Positions 48,649 through 57,912 of a DNA stretch of 58,988 nucleotides are shown here, piece by piece. The notes under the pieces were generated by a model that saw nothing but the letters and a program-made list of their open reading frames with translations, did no database searches and was not told the DNA's origin. The DNA is from Candidatus Altiarchaeota archaeon (GTDB lineage Archaea; Altiarchaeota; Altiarchaeia; IMC4; SCGC-AAA252-I15): the NCBI GenBank assembly GCA_043804895.1, contig JAZDIN010000011.1, positions 1-58,988 on the forward strand, read 5' to 3'. The first letter of the stretch is position 1. Each line of letters begins with the position of its first letter. The position numbers and the translations under genes are program-made.

Positions 48649-51261
48649 ATGCCAGTCGAAGAGCGCAAATGGCACAGCTTAGACGCCATCGAGGTGATGC
48701 GGAAGATAGGCGCAGCAAAAGACGGCCTATCAGTCGATGAGGCAGGAAAGAGGATAGCGTTCTTCGGCAGGAACGACATCGAGGAGAAGGGCGGCCGCAG
48801 CCTCTTTGGGATATTCCTGGACCAGTTTAAGGACATACTAGTCATCGTGCTTATCGTGTCTGCGGTTATTGCAATCGCCATGGGGGAATTGATTGACGGC
48901 TCCTTGATACTTGGCATCGTCGTCTTGAACGGGATATTCGGGTTCATACAGGATTACAAGGCCGAGTCAAACATCCAGGAGTTGAAGAAGCTTTCTAAGC
49001 CGAAGGCAATCGTTGTCAGAGGCGGCGTGGAACAGGAGATAGGGAGTGATACCCTAGTTCCTGGGGACATACTCTTGCTGTCGGAAGGCGACGCAGTACA
49101 GGCTGACGGGAGGATAGTCGAGTCCAGGAACATGAAGGTTGATGAGTCCTCACTCACTGGTGAGAGTGTCGCAGTCGATAAGGTTCCGGTAGTCCTCCCA
49201 CTGGACACACCCCTTGCTGACCGAACAAACATGGTATACCGCGGCACGAGTGTAGTCAGCGGAAGAGGCAGAGTCGTTGTCACATCCACTGGAATGCGAA
49301 CTGAGCTCGGCTACATCGCTGAGCAGCTTGATTCCGTTGTTGACGAGAGGACCCCCTTCCAAAAGCACATGGACAAACTAGGTGGGAATATAGCTGTCGC
49401 GATAATGGCAATCAGCGTCTTCGTGGGAGTTGTGATATTCTCGACAACGGACACCCCCGCACTGAACGTCTTCCTAATCGCAATAGCCTTGGGTGTGGCT
49501 GCGATACCTGAAGGCCTCCCTGCAGTTATAACGCTCTCCCTTGCGCTCGGCTCCAAGAGGATGATGCAAAAACACGCCCTACTCAGAAGTCTTCCCGTCG
49601 CCGAAGGCCTCGGTTCAGTAGACATAATATGCACCGACAAGACTGGCACTCTCACAGAGAACCAGATGACTGTCCGGAAGATTTACTATGATGGGAAGTT
49701 CTACGAAGTAAGCGGCCTCGGATACGACACCAAAGGCGAATTCACATCCTCCGGCGTGAAGGCGGACCCATCCGAGCTCAAGTCCCTGCTAACTGCGGGC
49801 ATCCACAACAACAACTCGAAAGTAATGGACGGAAAGTTAATGGGTGATCCGACGGAAATCGCCCTCAAGGTCTCGGCGTTGAAGGCAGGCCTATGCGACG
49901 AGCACAGGAGGGTGGATGAGATAGCGTTCTCATCAGTGCGGAAGCTCATGACAACAGTCCATGAGACGCCGAAGGGGATAATCTCCTATACTAAAGGCGC
50001 TCCTGAGATGCTAATCGAAAGGTGCGACAGGGTGCTAGAATCAGGGAAGGTCAGGAAGGTGACTGCCGAAGATAAGGCAAGGATAGCCTCAGCCACAGAG
50101 AGCCTCGCATCAGAGGCACTTCGTGTGATAGGCTTCGCCTACAAGGACGGGACTGAAAAGCCTGAAGAGGAGCTTGTGTTCCTCGGACTCCAAGGCATGC
50201 TCGACCCCCCAAGGAAGGAGGTTCCAAAAGCCATTGAAGACTGCAAGAGCGCAGGCATAAGGGTCATCATGATAACCGGCGACAACAAGGTCACAGCCCA
50301 GGCCGTAGCAAGGGAGATAGGATTGGATGTTAAGGCCCTGGAAGGCAGGGACATAGACGCGATGAGTAAGGAGGAACTCTATGAGGCAGCCAAGGACGTG
50401 TCTATATTCGCGCGCGTCTCACCCTCCAACAAGCTCGCCATACTCGAAGTACTGAAGTCGCAAGGCCATACGGTAGCGATGACAGGGGACGGAGTCAACG
50501 ACGCCCCAGCAATAAAGGCCGCCGACGTCGGAGTCTCCATGGGGATACGTGGCACCGAAGTGGCGAAGCAGACGTCAGACATCGTGCTCATGGACGACAA
50601 CTTCGCAACCATACGCGACGCCATATCGGAAGGCAGGAGGATATTCGACAACGTCCGAAAGTTCATCAACTACCTCTTCCCCTGCAACCTCGCTGAAGTC
50701 CTCATAGTCTTCGTAGCCGCCCTCCCGTTCATACAGGGTCAGCCCCTCGTCATACTCACAGCAGTCCAGCTACTATGGATTAACATAGCAACCGACGGCC
50801 TACCGGCCCTCGCCCTCGGCGTCGACCCCCCAGCGCAGGGCATAATGCAGCGGAAGCCAAGACCAAAAGGGGAGAGCATCATCAACCAGCACATCGCAAG
50901 CAACATAATCCTCATCGGCCTCGCCATGACGGCCATAGTGCTCGGCCTATTCTACGCCTCAGACCCGATGAAAGACTTCCAACGGGCCCAGACCATCGCA
51001 TTCACAGCCATCGTCGTCTTCAAGATGGTGAGAGTCTACGACATACGAGTCACAGACAAACTCGGCCTATTCTCCAACAAATGGCTTCTCATGGCAGTCG
51101 GCAGCTCCATACTCCTCCACCTAGCCCTCCTCTACAGCCCAGCGGCCGCATACTTCAAAGTAATACCCCTAACATTGGCCGACTGGATGATGATACTAGC
51201 AGGCCTCACAGTCTTCGCACTAGCATCACTTATAATCAGAAAAATCGTGGACAAGGAGTAG
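48649..51261 (+). CDS. cation-transporting P-type ATPase (type IIA, Ca2+-like)
   Basis: TGES, PEGLP, DKTGTLT, KGAPE, TGDGVNDAPA, QLLWINIATDG. Confidence 0.95.
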   Translation: MPVEERKWHSLDAIEVMRKIGAAKDGLSVDEAGKRIAFFGRNDIEEKGGRSLFGIFLDQFKDILVIVLIVSAVIAIAMGELIDGSLILGIVVLNGIFGFIQDYKAESNIQELKKLSKPKAIVVRGGVEQEIGSDTLVPGDILLLSEGDAVQADGRIVESRNMKVDESSLTGESVAVDKVPVVLPLDTPLADRTNMVYRGTSVVSGRGRVVVTSTGMRTELGYIAEQLDSVVDERTPFQKHMDKLGGNIAVAIMAISVFVGVVIFSTTDTPALNVFLIAIALGVAAIPEGLPAVITLSLALGSKRMMQKHALLRSLPVAEGLGSVDIICTDKTGTLTENQMTVRKIYYDGKFYEVSGLGYDTKGEFTSSGVKADPSELKSLLTAGIHNNNSKVMDGKLMGDPTEIALKVSALKAGLCDEHRRVDEIAFSSVRKLMTTVHETPKGIISYTKGAPEMLIERCDRVLESGKVRKVTAEDKARIASATESLASEALRVIGFAYKDGTEKPEEELVFLGLQGMLDPPRKEVPKAIEDCKSAGIRVIMITGDNKVTAQAVAREIGLDVKALEGRDIDAMSKEELYEAAKDVSIFARVSPSNKLAILEVLKSQGHTVAMTGDGVNDAPAIKAADVGVSMGIRGTEVAKQTSDIVLMDDNFATIRDAISEGRRIFDNVRKFINYLFPCNLAEVLIVFVAALPFIQGQPLVILTAVQLLWINIATDGLPALALGVDPPAQGIMQRKPRPKGESIINQHIASNIILIGLAMTAIVLGLFYASDPMKDFQRAQTIAFTAIVVFKMVRVYDIRVTDKLGLFSNKWLLMAVGSSILLHLALLYSPAAAYFKVIPLTLADWMMILAGLTVFALASLIIRKIVDKE

Positions 51262-51332
51262 GCGTATTCATGCAAAAAAGCCATATGCACCAACTATTAA
51301 ATGCATATATGCATACGGCCCATTCACATAAC

Positions 51333-52355
51333 CTAGAGCGCGATAATCCTGTACTTCCTCGACCCTAACCCAATCTTCTCCGCGTACTCGAGCATGTAGG
51401 TCCCATCTATCTTATGCTTCTCCAGGAAAGGGTCTACTCCGCCGTTCCTCTCCCTCACTAGGTCGAGGCTCGCCTGGTCCGCTGCCACAGGGTCCTTGCT
51501 GAGTACGATGCCTATGTCCTGCATGAACGGTTTCTGGTCGAAGCCCATGCAGTCGCAGTCGTACGTCAAGTCTGTGATGAAGTTGATGAACCACCAACTA
51601 CGGCCTGAAAGTGCGGCATAAGCGTATTCAGTCACCTTCTCCATCAGTATCTTATTAACGTCCTTGGTCATGTTCCACGGTATGTCTATGGCCGCGTTCG
51701 GGCATATGGCAATGCAGTGCGCGCAGCCTATGCACTTTCCTGAGTCGATGGACGCGACTTTTCCTAAGGTAAAAGCGTCAACCGGGCAGTCGCGCGCGCA
51801 GGTCCCGCATAAGGTGCACTTCTCGGAATGCACAACAGGAGCGATAATGGAGTGCATGTCCATCTTACCAGCCCTAGAACCCAAACCCATACCGATATTC
51901 TTCAAGGCCCCTCCGAAGCTAGCTGCCATGTGACCCTTAAAGTGCGTAACTGCGATGAGCTTCTTGTATTCTATTAGCCCGCCGCCTAGTCTAGCGTTGA
52001 CTGTGCGGCCCCTGTTCACAGGGACGTCAACATAGGACTGGCCAGTCTCCCCGTCCAAGATGTCAATCGGGAGGAAACCGAAACCATGCTTCCTGGCCGT
52101 CTCAATATGGTCCTTCCTTGTCGTCCTGTGGCCGCGGTACATCACATTACACTCAACAAATATGGGCGTCTGCAGAATCGTCTTAGCATCTAAAAGCCAC
52201 TCAGGCTTAACATGCGTCTTATTCCCCTCCTCACCGAAATGAACCTTCAACCCCACCGGCCCGCCTTTGAAATCATCGGCTGCAATTTTGAAAAACCTAG
52301 CAGTCCCCTCCCTCAATTTGGCCACGTCAGAGTAAAAATAAACCTCCGATGCCAT
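51333..52355 (-). CDS. DUF362 family protein with 2x[4Fe-4S] ferredoxin domain
   Basis: KVHFGE, HFKGH, GGALKN, two CxxCxxCxxxCP, CDC, DPVAADQAS. Confidence 0.9.
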   Translation of the reverse strand: MASEVYFYSDVAKLREGTARFFKIAADDFKGGPVGLKVHFGEEGNKTHVKPEWLLDAKTILQTPIFVECNVMYRGHRTTRKDHIETARKHGFGFLPIDILDGETGQSYVDVPVNRGRTVNARLGGGLIEYKKLIAVTHFKGHMAASFGGALKNIGMGLGSRAGKMDMHSIIAPVVHSEKCTLCGTCARDCPVDAFTLGKVASIDSGKCIGCAHCIAICPNAAIDIPWNMTKDVNKILMEKVTEYAYAALSGRSWWFINFITDLTYDCDCMGFDQKPFMQDIGIVLSKDPVAADQASLDLVRERNGGVDPFLEKHKIDGTYMLEYAEKIGLGSRKYRIIAL

Positions 52356-52540
52356 GGGAGGATATCAGAATATAAGGTAAAAAGCCCCCCACATACCAGC
52401 AGAAAAATTCAACTACAGGTTCTTCGAGCCAGACGGGATAGGTGTTTATGGTTCGTATCCTAGTTAGCCTATGCTAGTAGGTGGTATAATAAGTATATAA
52501 CTGTATATATCCTAGTATATACTAAGGTTAATGTGATACT

Positions 52541-52690
52541 ATGGTCAAAGTCCAAGAAGTTAACGGGAGAATTTTCGTGACAATACCCCTGGAGAAAGCC
52601 AAACGGCTTAAACTGAAGAAAGGCGACTTAGTTGATTGGGACTTCAACGAACGAGGACATTTAAAGCTTAGCAGAGTGGAGGTGAAGTAA
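52541..52690 (+). CDS. AbrB/MazE/SpoVT-family DNA-binding protein (49 aa)
   Basis: Not in ORF track: MVKVQEVNGRIFVTIPLEKAKRLKLKKGDLVDWDFNERGHLKLSRVEVK. Confidence 0.8.
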   Translation: MVKVQEVNGRIFVTIPLEKAKRLKLKKGDLVDWDFNERGHLKLSRVEVK

Positions 52691-52691
52691 G

Positions 52692-52874
52692 ATGATAAGT
52701 AGATTCTTCCTAAGAGACAAATCCTTCCGATTACTGTCTAAAATGATGAGTGTAGAACACGCTACAGTAATAGCAGACATGAAGCTACTGGTTAAATTCC
52801 TACTGAAACCCGAAGCAATAACCCCCCTAATGCTCAAAGGCGAAGTCATACTAGACGAAGCTAAGACAGAGTAG
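52692..52874 (+). CDS. small hypothetical protein
   Basis: SD GGAGGTG upstream, coupled to the AbrB-like gene. Confidence 0.55.
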   Translation: MISRFFLRDKSFRLLSKMMSVEHATVIADMKLLVKFLLKPEAITPLMLKGEVILDEAKTE

Positions 52875-52924
52875 GGCTCAGACGCAAAGAACTTAAGAAG
52901 GGAGAAATATGTGGGGTGTTAGAT

Positions 52925-53161
52925 ATGAAACAAAAAGAGAATCGAGAAATAAGCATACCAACAAGCACATCAGCAAACCTGACAGTTCGGATGGACAACT
53001 ACCTGAGGAATCACCTTGGGGGCAAGATTCATCCAGAATTGGCGACCGTAGCAGTAAAATACACCGTGCTAGAGCATAAGATGAACAACTACTTAAGGGA
53101 TCATCTTGAGGCCAAGACCTGGAAAGAATTAATGACCCCAGATCCAAAGGCGAAGTCATAA
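52925..53161 (+). CDS. small hypothetical protein with internal repeat, possibly frameshifted
   Basis: MDNYLRNHL / MNNYLRDHL repeat 30 codons apart. Confidence 0.5.
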   Translation: MKQKENREISIPTSTSANLTVRMDNYLRNHLGGKIHPELATVAVKYTVLEHKMNNYLRDHLEAKTWKELMTPDPKAKS

Positions 53162-53182
53162 TTGAAGAAACAAAGACCGAAT

Positions 53183-53368
53183 ATGGGTGAGGAAAAAATA
53201 GGGGGTTTTAAGCCCATAATCTCAGGGAATAAATTGAGTGGTTTGGTGGCTATTGACGCGGACTTCCTGAAGCAACTTTTAGGGAAGAAGATAGAAGGTT
53301 TGTTCAAAAATAGGGGGATGCTAAACATGGGTCTTGAACCAAACCATTTTTTAACTCAGGTCTTATAG
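53183..53368 (+). CDS. small hypothetical protein
   Basis: Short ORF continuing the island operon; weak support. Confidence 0.3.
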   Translation: MGEEKIGGFKPIISGNKLSGLVAIDADFLKQLLGKKIEGLFKNRGMLNMGLEPNHFLTQVL

Positions 53369-53823
53369 AGACGATATATCTGAGTCGCATAGAATAGTGA
53401 TACCAAATTCATAACGATTGCAGCATATAAGAAAATACTACTGCTAATTGAGTATAAATTACACTCCGCGTTTTTATCAGACATTCCTTTAGTTATTTGG
53501 GTAATGTTCATACGTGTTTCATCTATTTTTGTAAATCCTTTTTCCCAGAAAACAGACATTTTTACCCCATAATCTATCCCTATCTTATCATCATCATCGA
53601 AGATAGCAGAAGTATTTTTTACCGCAAACAATGTTACACCCTCATAATACATTAAAAGAGAAGAGATATAGTCTTGGAATAATTGGTCTTTGATATCACG
53701 CTCCTGGTCTACATGACTATAGCAATCATCCTCCCAGTTTTTAAGAACAGTACTTATTACTAACAATAATGCAACTATGCTAGTCATCACAACGAGCACC
53801 ACGTTTGATCTTTCTTTTTCCAT
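53356..53823 (-). CDS. AT-rich two-TM membrane protein (island cargo)
   Basis: N- and C-terminal hydrophobic helices; AT-rich. Confidence 0.65.
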   Translation of the reverse strand: MEKERSNVVLVVMTSIVALLLVISTVLKNWEDDCYSHVDQERDIKDQLFQDYISSLLMYYEGVTLFAVKNTSAIFDDDDKIGIDYGVKMSVFWEKGFTKIDETRMNITQITKGMSDKNAECNLYSISSSIFLYAAIVMNLVSLFYATQIYRLYKT

Positions 53824-53885
53824 AGACTGACGGAGCTCCGTTGAAATCCTTAAATAAAGTTGGCGTTTCGCATCTGTGGGGTAAG

Positions 53886-53959
53886 CGAGCCCGACGGGAT
53901 TCGAACCCGCGACTCCTCGATTAAAAGTCGAGTGCTCTACCAGACTGAGCTACGGGCCC
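53886..53959 (-). tRNA. tRNA-Lys (UUU), no encoded CCA
   Basis: GGGCCCG/CGGGCTC acceptor stem, TAGCTCAGTCTGGTAGAGC D arm, CTCGA-CTTTTAA-TCGAG anticodon arm, GGTTCGAATCC T arm. Confidence 0.96.
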
Positions 53960-54007
53960 TTTTTAAGGGGGTGTATTTGTTGTTTGCTGGTTATTTTTTT
54001 TATTTCT

Positions 54008-54098
54008 GAGGGACCGAAGCGTAGCGAGGTCCCTCCTTCGCCAACCTCCCTCAAAACAGCTTTGCTGTTTTGGGGTGCCGGTTGGCTTTTGCCAACCG
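54008..54098. repeat. cluster of three GC-rich hairpins (REP/MITE-like)
   Basis: GAGGGACC/GGTCCCTC, CAAAACAGC/GCTGTTTTG, CGGTTGGC/GCCAACCG. Confidence 0.55.
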
Positions 54099-54181
54099 TG
54101 CATAGTAAGGCTGAGACTGAGCTACAGGCCCATTTTTGTGAAAGTCTAAGTTTATAGGTAGGTTGGGGTTATAAATAATTC

Positions 54182-54556
54182 ATGGTTGAGGGTAAGAAGG
54201 GTGGGCCTCCCAGGGATCCGAGGCTTGCTGGGATTGATCAGGTGAAGTTCAGCAAGAATGCTTCTGATGTGTTGGATATGTTCTCTGACAAGTCTATGGC
54301 CTCCCATTCGCTTCTTTCGAAGTCAGGGCAGCTTGCCAGCGGGCATGGTCTTGCGGGCCCGACTGGGGTGAAGAGTGATAGGTTCGACCCCTTGAAGGCT
54401 GAGGCTGAGAAGGTGAAGGAGGGGGGATTCAAGGGCGGCGCTGGCCAGAGGGAGGAGAAGTCATATAAGAAACATGTGGATAAGCTGTCTGACGTCTATG
54501 ACCAGTATCTGAACGTCGACCTAGGCTCAGGTGTGAAGAAGAAAAAACCAATCTAA
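54182..54556 (+). CDS. hypothetical hydrophilic protein
   Basis: 124 aa, TTTATA about 25 nt upstream, 1 nt before pcm. Confidence 0.7.
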   Translation: MVEGKKGGPPRDPRLAGIDQVKFSKNASDVLDMFSDKSMASHSLLSKSGQLASGHGLAGPTGVKSDRFDPLKAEAEKVKEGGFKGGAGQREEKSYKKHVDKLSDVYDQYLNVDLGSGVKKKKPI

Positions 54557-54557
54557 C

Positions 54558-55208
54558 ATGAGTTTTGAGGGTGAGAGGGCTGCTCTCGTGGCGGCTCTTG
54601 TTAGGGGCGGGTATTTGAGCGATGGCAGGGTCATTGATGTGTTGAAGAGGGTTCCTAGGGAGCTGTTCGTACCTGATGATGTGCGTGGCCACGCATATGT
54701 AGATTGCCCGCAGCCGATTGGCTTCAACCAGACCATAAGCGCGCCTCACATGGTGGCTATAATGTCTGAGTTGTTGGATGTTAAGCCAGATTCTAGGGTG
54801 CTGGAGGTTGGCACCGGGTCAGGCTATCAGGCCGCGATTTTGGGTGAGCTTGCCGGTGCGGGGAGTGTCGTATCTGTGGAACGTATTCCTGAATTGGCTG
54901 AGCGGGCCAGGACTCTCTTGGCTGGTCTAAATTATAGTAACATTACCGTGGTTGACGGCGACGGCGGTGTTGGTTTCCAGGAATTTGCTCCCTATGACAG
55001 GATACTAGTCACCGCTGCTGCTCCGGAGGTGCCTCAGTCTCTTGTAGCGCAGCTTGCAGTCCATGGAAAGATGCTCGTGCCTGTCGGGGGCAGGTGGAGT
55101 CAGACCCTAATCGAGGTTTACAAGGACTCTGACGGAAGCATACGGGGGAAAAGCCATGGGGGTTGCGTCTTCGTACCCCTCATCGGCAGAGGCGGATGGA
55201 ATGCTTAA
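54558..55208 (+). CDS. pcm: protein-L-isoaspartate O-methyltransferase
   Basis: VPRELFV, QTISAPHMV, LEVGTGSGY, APYDRILVTAA, FVPLIG. Confidence 0.95.
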   Translation: MSFEGERAALVAALVRGGYLSDGRVIDVLKRVPRELFVPDDVRGHAYVDCPQPIGFNQTISAPHMVAIMSELLDVKPDSRVLEVGTGSGYQAAILGELAGAGSVVSVERIPELAERARTLLAGLNYSNITVVDGDGGVGFQEFAPYDRILVTAAAPEVPQSLVAQLAVHGKMLVPVGGRWSQTLIEVYKDSDGSIRGKSHGGCVFVPLIGRGGWNA

Positions 55209-55209
55209 G

Positions 55210-55635
55210 TCACCTCCTCGCAGTGTCTCCGACTTTTATGCCGTGTTCTGTCGCGTACCCTCCGTTGACTTCTAGGACATACTTTGCGGTCTCGCCTGGA
55301 TTGTAGCTTTGGCATGGGTCTGCCTTACATGGAGCCGCGTGTTCTATGTTGACTACCCTCATGTTCGAGTCCAGCCATATTATGTCAAGCGGTATGAGTG
55401 TGTTTTTCATCCAGAACGAATGGATGCCCTCCTCTTCAAATATGAACAGCATACCCCTGTCAGGCGGCAGAGTCTCCCTGAACATGAGCCCCTTCATCCT
55501 GCCGGATTCGTTATCTGCGATTTCGACTTTCACGCATGAGTCTTTGAAGCATACGCTGTCGCTCTCATCAATGCTTCGGCTGATGTAGAGGAGGCATAAG
55601 ATGAGTAGAATCGGCACAAGCAGTCTTGCCCTCAT
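55210..55635 (-). CDS. DUF192 family protein
   Basis: GLMFR, GMLFIF, FWMKNTLIPLDI, VLEVNGG. Confidence 0.92.
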   Translation of the reverse strand: MRARLLVPILLILCLLYISRSIDESDSVCFKDSCVKVEIADNESGRMKGLMFRETLPPDRGMLFIFEEEGIHSFWMKNTLIPLDIIWLDSNMRVVNIEHAAPCKADPCQSYNPGETAKYVLEVNGGYATEHGIKVGDTARR

Positions 55636-56492
55636 CTTCTGAGGTCTGCTGCTATCAGGTTTGAGACTGAGACCTTACTGACCGGGTTCTCGAGGGTGTT
55701 CGTTGAGACGAGCTTGTCTGCGACGCCTTTGAATGATTCTATGCCGTTGAGGAATAGGCCGTGTACGCAGCCGACGCTTATGGATGCGGGGTGCCATCCT
55801 CTGATGACTTTCACGGCCTCCACGATGGTTCCGCCTGTGCTGATGATGTCGTCCAGTATTATCACGTCAAGGCCTTTCACGTCAAGTTGTTTGGGTTTTA
55901 TTGTGACTTCGGTTCCTGACAGCCTCTTCTTTGAGAGGTGGTTGAATTCGCAGTCGAGTATCTTCGCTGCTTTGCTGGCGTAGTCCATTGAGCCTTTGTC
56001 CGGGGCAACGACCACGGGGTTCTTGACTTTGTCCCCTATCTCTTTCGCAAGGAGCGGTATGGCGTCTAGGTTCATGAAGTTGACGTGGTTGTATACTGCC
56101 TCGCCGCCTGAGTTGAGGAAGTGGCAGTTGATTGTCGTTATCGAGTCAGAGAGTTCATGTAACGTCTTCAATATCGTCTTAGCGCTGAGGGCTTCGCCTT
56201 CGCTGAACCTCTTATCCTGCCTCATGTAGGAGAGGTACGGTGCTATCGCGTGCACTTGTGTCGCTCCCTGGTCTCTAAGGGCGTCAAGCATTAGCAGGGT
56301 CTCCATGAAATCGTCGTTTGATCTGATTGACTGTATGAACGCGCATTCCCTGCCAGCCACCTTAGAAAGCACCCTGACGTATTTCTCCCCGTCAGGGAAT
56401 GTCTTCACCTCAGATTTGCCGTATTCTGCGTTAAGGGCCTTGGCGACGTCCCAAGCAAGGGTCATTGAGCGTGTTCCGCCGAATACTAGCAT
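55632..56492 (-). CDS. prs: ribose-phosphate pyrophosphokinase
   Basis: FPDGEKYVR, YMRQDK, APDKG, DDIISTGGT. Confidence 0.95.
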   Translation of the reverse strand: MLVFGGTRSMTLAWDVAKALNAEYGKSEVKTFPDGEKYVRVLSKVAGRECAFIQSIRSNDDFMETLLMLDALRDQGATQVHAIAPYLSYMRQDKRFSEGEALSAKTILKTLHELSDSITTINCHFLNSGGEAVYNHVNFMNLDAIPLLAKEIGDKVKNPVVVAPDKGSMDYASKAAKILDCEFNHLSKKRLSGTEVTIKPKQLDVKGLDVIILDDIISTGGTIVEAVKVIRGWHPASISVGCVHGLFLNGIESFKGVADKLVSTNTLENPVSKVSVSNLIAADLRR

Positions 56493-56548
56493 TTTTAACC
56501 GGAATCTTATTAGTAATCAGGTTAAATAAATTCATGTGGGTGGGCTAA

Positions 56549-57262
56549 ATGGTTGAGAGGATTTCTAGCGGTATTCCAGGTTTGGATGAGATGATTGAAG
56601 GCGGGTTCAAAAAGCACAGTACTGTGCTCATCGTCGGCGGCTGCGGTTCAGGTAAGTCGACGCTGGCGATGCAATACCTCTATCAGGGCGCATTGGCCGG
56701 GGAACCCGGCGTCTACGTAACATTCGAGGAGGAGGCTGACTCGATGCGGGATAACATGAGCCGGCACGGGTGGGATTTGAAGAAGATGGAAGATTCTAAG
56801 AAGCTGAAGATAATGCGAATCGAGCCGCAGGATGTGATACACATAATAAAGCAGGAGTATGGCGGCATAGTAGATGCGATAAACGACCTCGGTGCGAGGC
56901 GCGTCGTCATCGACTCGCTCACCAGCATCGAAACGATGATTGAGGGTGACTTCGAGAAGAGGCAGGGCGTCCTTAAGCTGATGAACTGGCTCCAGAAGAG
57001 CAAGTGCACGAGCCTGATGATAGCAGAAAGCGAACAAGACCCGACGAAATACAGCCGCCACGGTATTATGGAGTTCGTCGTAGACGGCGTCATAGTCCTC
57101 TACAACGTCCGCCGCGGAAAATCACGCATAAGGGCTCTGGAAGTGTTGAAGATGAGGGGCACGAACCAGATAACCAACTTAGTTCCGTACGTGATTGACA
57201 AGGGCATAATCCTACAGCCGAGGCAGATGATATTCGGAGACTTCACAGGCCAGCAGGGCTAA
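56549..57262 (+). CDS. KaiC/RAD55-family ATPase (single domain)
   Basis: SGIPGLD, GCGSGKS Walker A, FEE, VVIDS, KMRGT. Confidence 0.9.
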   Translation: MVERISSGIPGLDEMIEGGFKKHSTVLIVGGCGSGKSTLAMQYLYQGALAGEPGVYVTFEEEADSMRDNMSRHGWDLKKMEDSKKLKIMRIEPQDVIHIIKQEYGGIVDAINDLGARRVVIDSLTSIETMIEGDFEKRQGVLKLMNWLQKSKCTSLMIAESEQDPTKYSRHGIMEFVVDGVIVLYNVRRGKSRIRALEVLKMRGTNQITNLVPYVIDKGIILQPRQMIFGDFTGQQG

Positions 57263-57867
57263 CCCAACTCCTCAACCCTCGTTGACATTTCTAAGAGGAA
57301 TTTGAGAGCGTCAGCTAGCATCTTCCTGTCCCTCGCACACCCCACAGTCGAGAATGAAACATGATGCTTTCCAACGGTGAAGGGAAAATCGCATTCTATT
57401 ATCCTCCCTTGAGTTTCTGCGTTGAGGAATTCTTTCACTTTCGCTATTTCGCCGCCCATGACCATGTGCTCGGAGTCGAATTTCTGGTTGCCTGTGTCAA
57501 GCCTCCTTACTGTGGAATCCTTGCAAGATTTTTTGAAAAACTCATTCTTGCCTATCGTGAAGTCATTGTCGACAGTCCCGTTGTGGAAGACCCTCACCCG
57601 AGTATTCTTTTCTGAACCCTTCTTGCACGGAACTTCCACCACGTCAACCCCTACCATCCTACCCTGATACATCCCCCCGACAGCTGGGGGGTCGAAAAGC
57701 ATAGTCTGCGTGTAATGGAGGGAAAGCTCAGTGGCGAGCGCCTTCATGGAACTGCAGAACATCATGGAACGGAAGGCTAAGTACAATAGGGCAATGCACA
57801 CGCAGGCGAATGTCGCAAGTAGCGCTATCGGCGGCAGAAGCCGCATCCAATCATCCATCGTATCCAA
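57259..57867 (-). CDS. membrane-anchored hypothetical protein
   Basis: N-terminal TM followed by a soluble domain; alternative ATG at 57858. Confidence 0.65.
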   Translation of the reverse strand: MDTMDDWMRLLPPIALLATFACVCIALLYLAFRSMMFCSSMKALATELSLHYTQTMLFDPPAVGGMYQGRMVGVDVVEVPCKKGSEKNTRVRVFHNGTVDNDFTIGKNEFFKKSCKDSTVRRLDTGNQKFDSEHMVMGGEIAKVKEFLNAETQGRIIECDFPFTVGKHHVSFSTVGCARDRKMLADALKFLLEMSTRVEELG

Positions 57868-57912
57868 TATTGAAGCCTTATATTAAAACTCTCAGACCAA
57901 ATGTATACTCAT

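Larger units (their letters stand above)
52425..53900. mobile_element. small degenerate island integrated at the tRNA-Lys 3' end
   Basis: CGAGCCAGACGGGAT (52425-52439) repeats the tRNA end CGAGCCCGACGGGAT (53886-53900), 14/15; AT-rich; no integrase. Confidence 0.7.

Noticed and set aside
56549-57262. Circadian clock system
   Set aside because: Single-domain KaiC-like ATPases are common in archaea and no kaiA/kaiB is nearby
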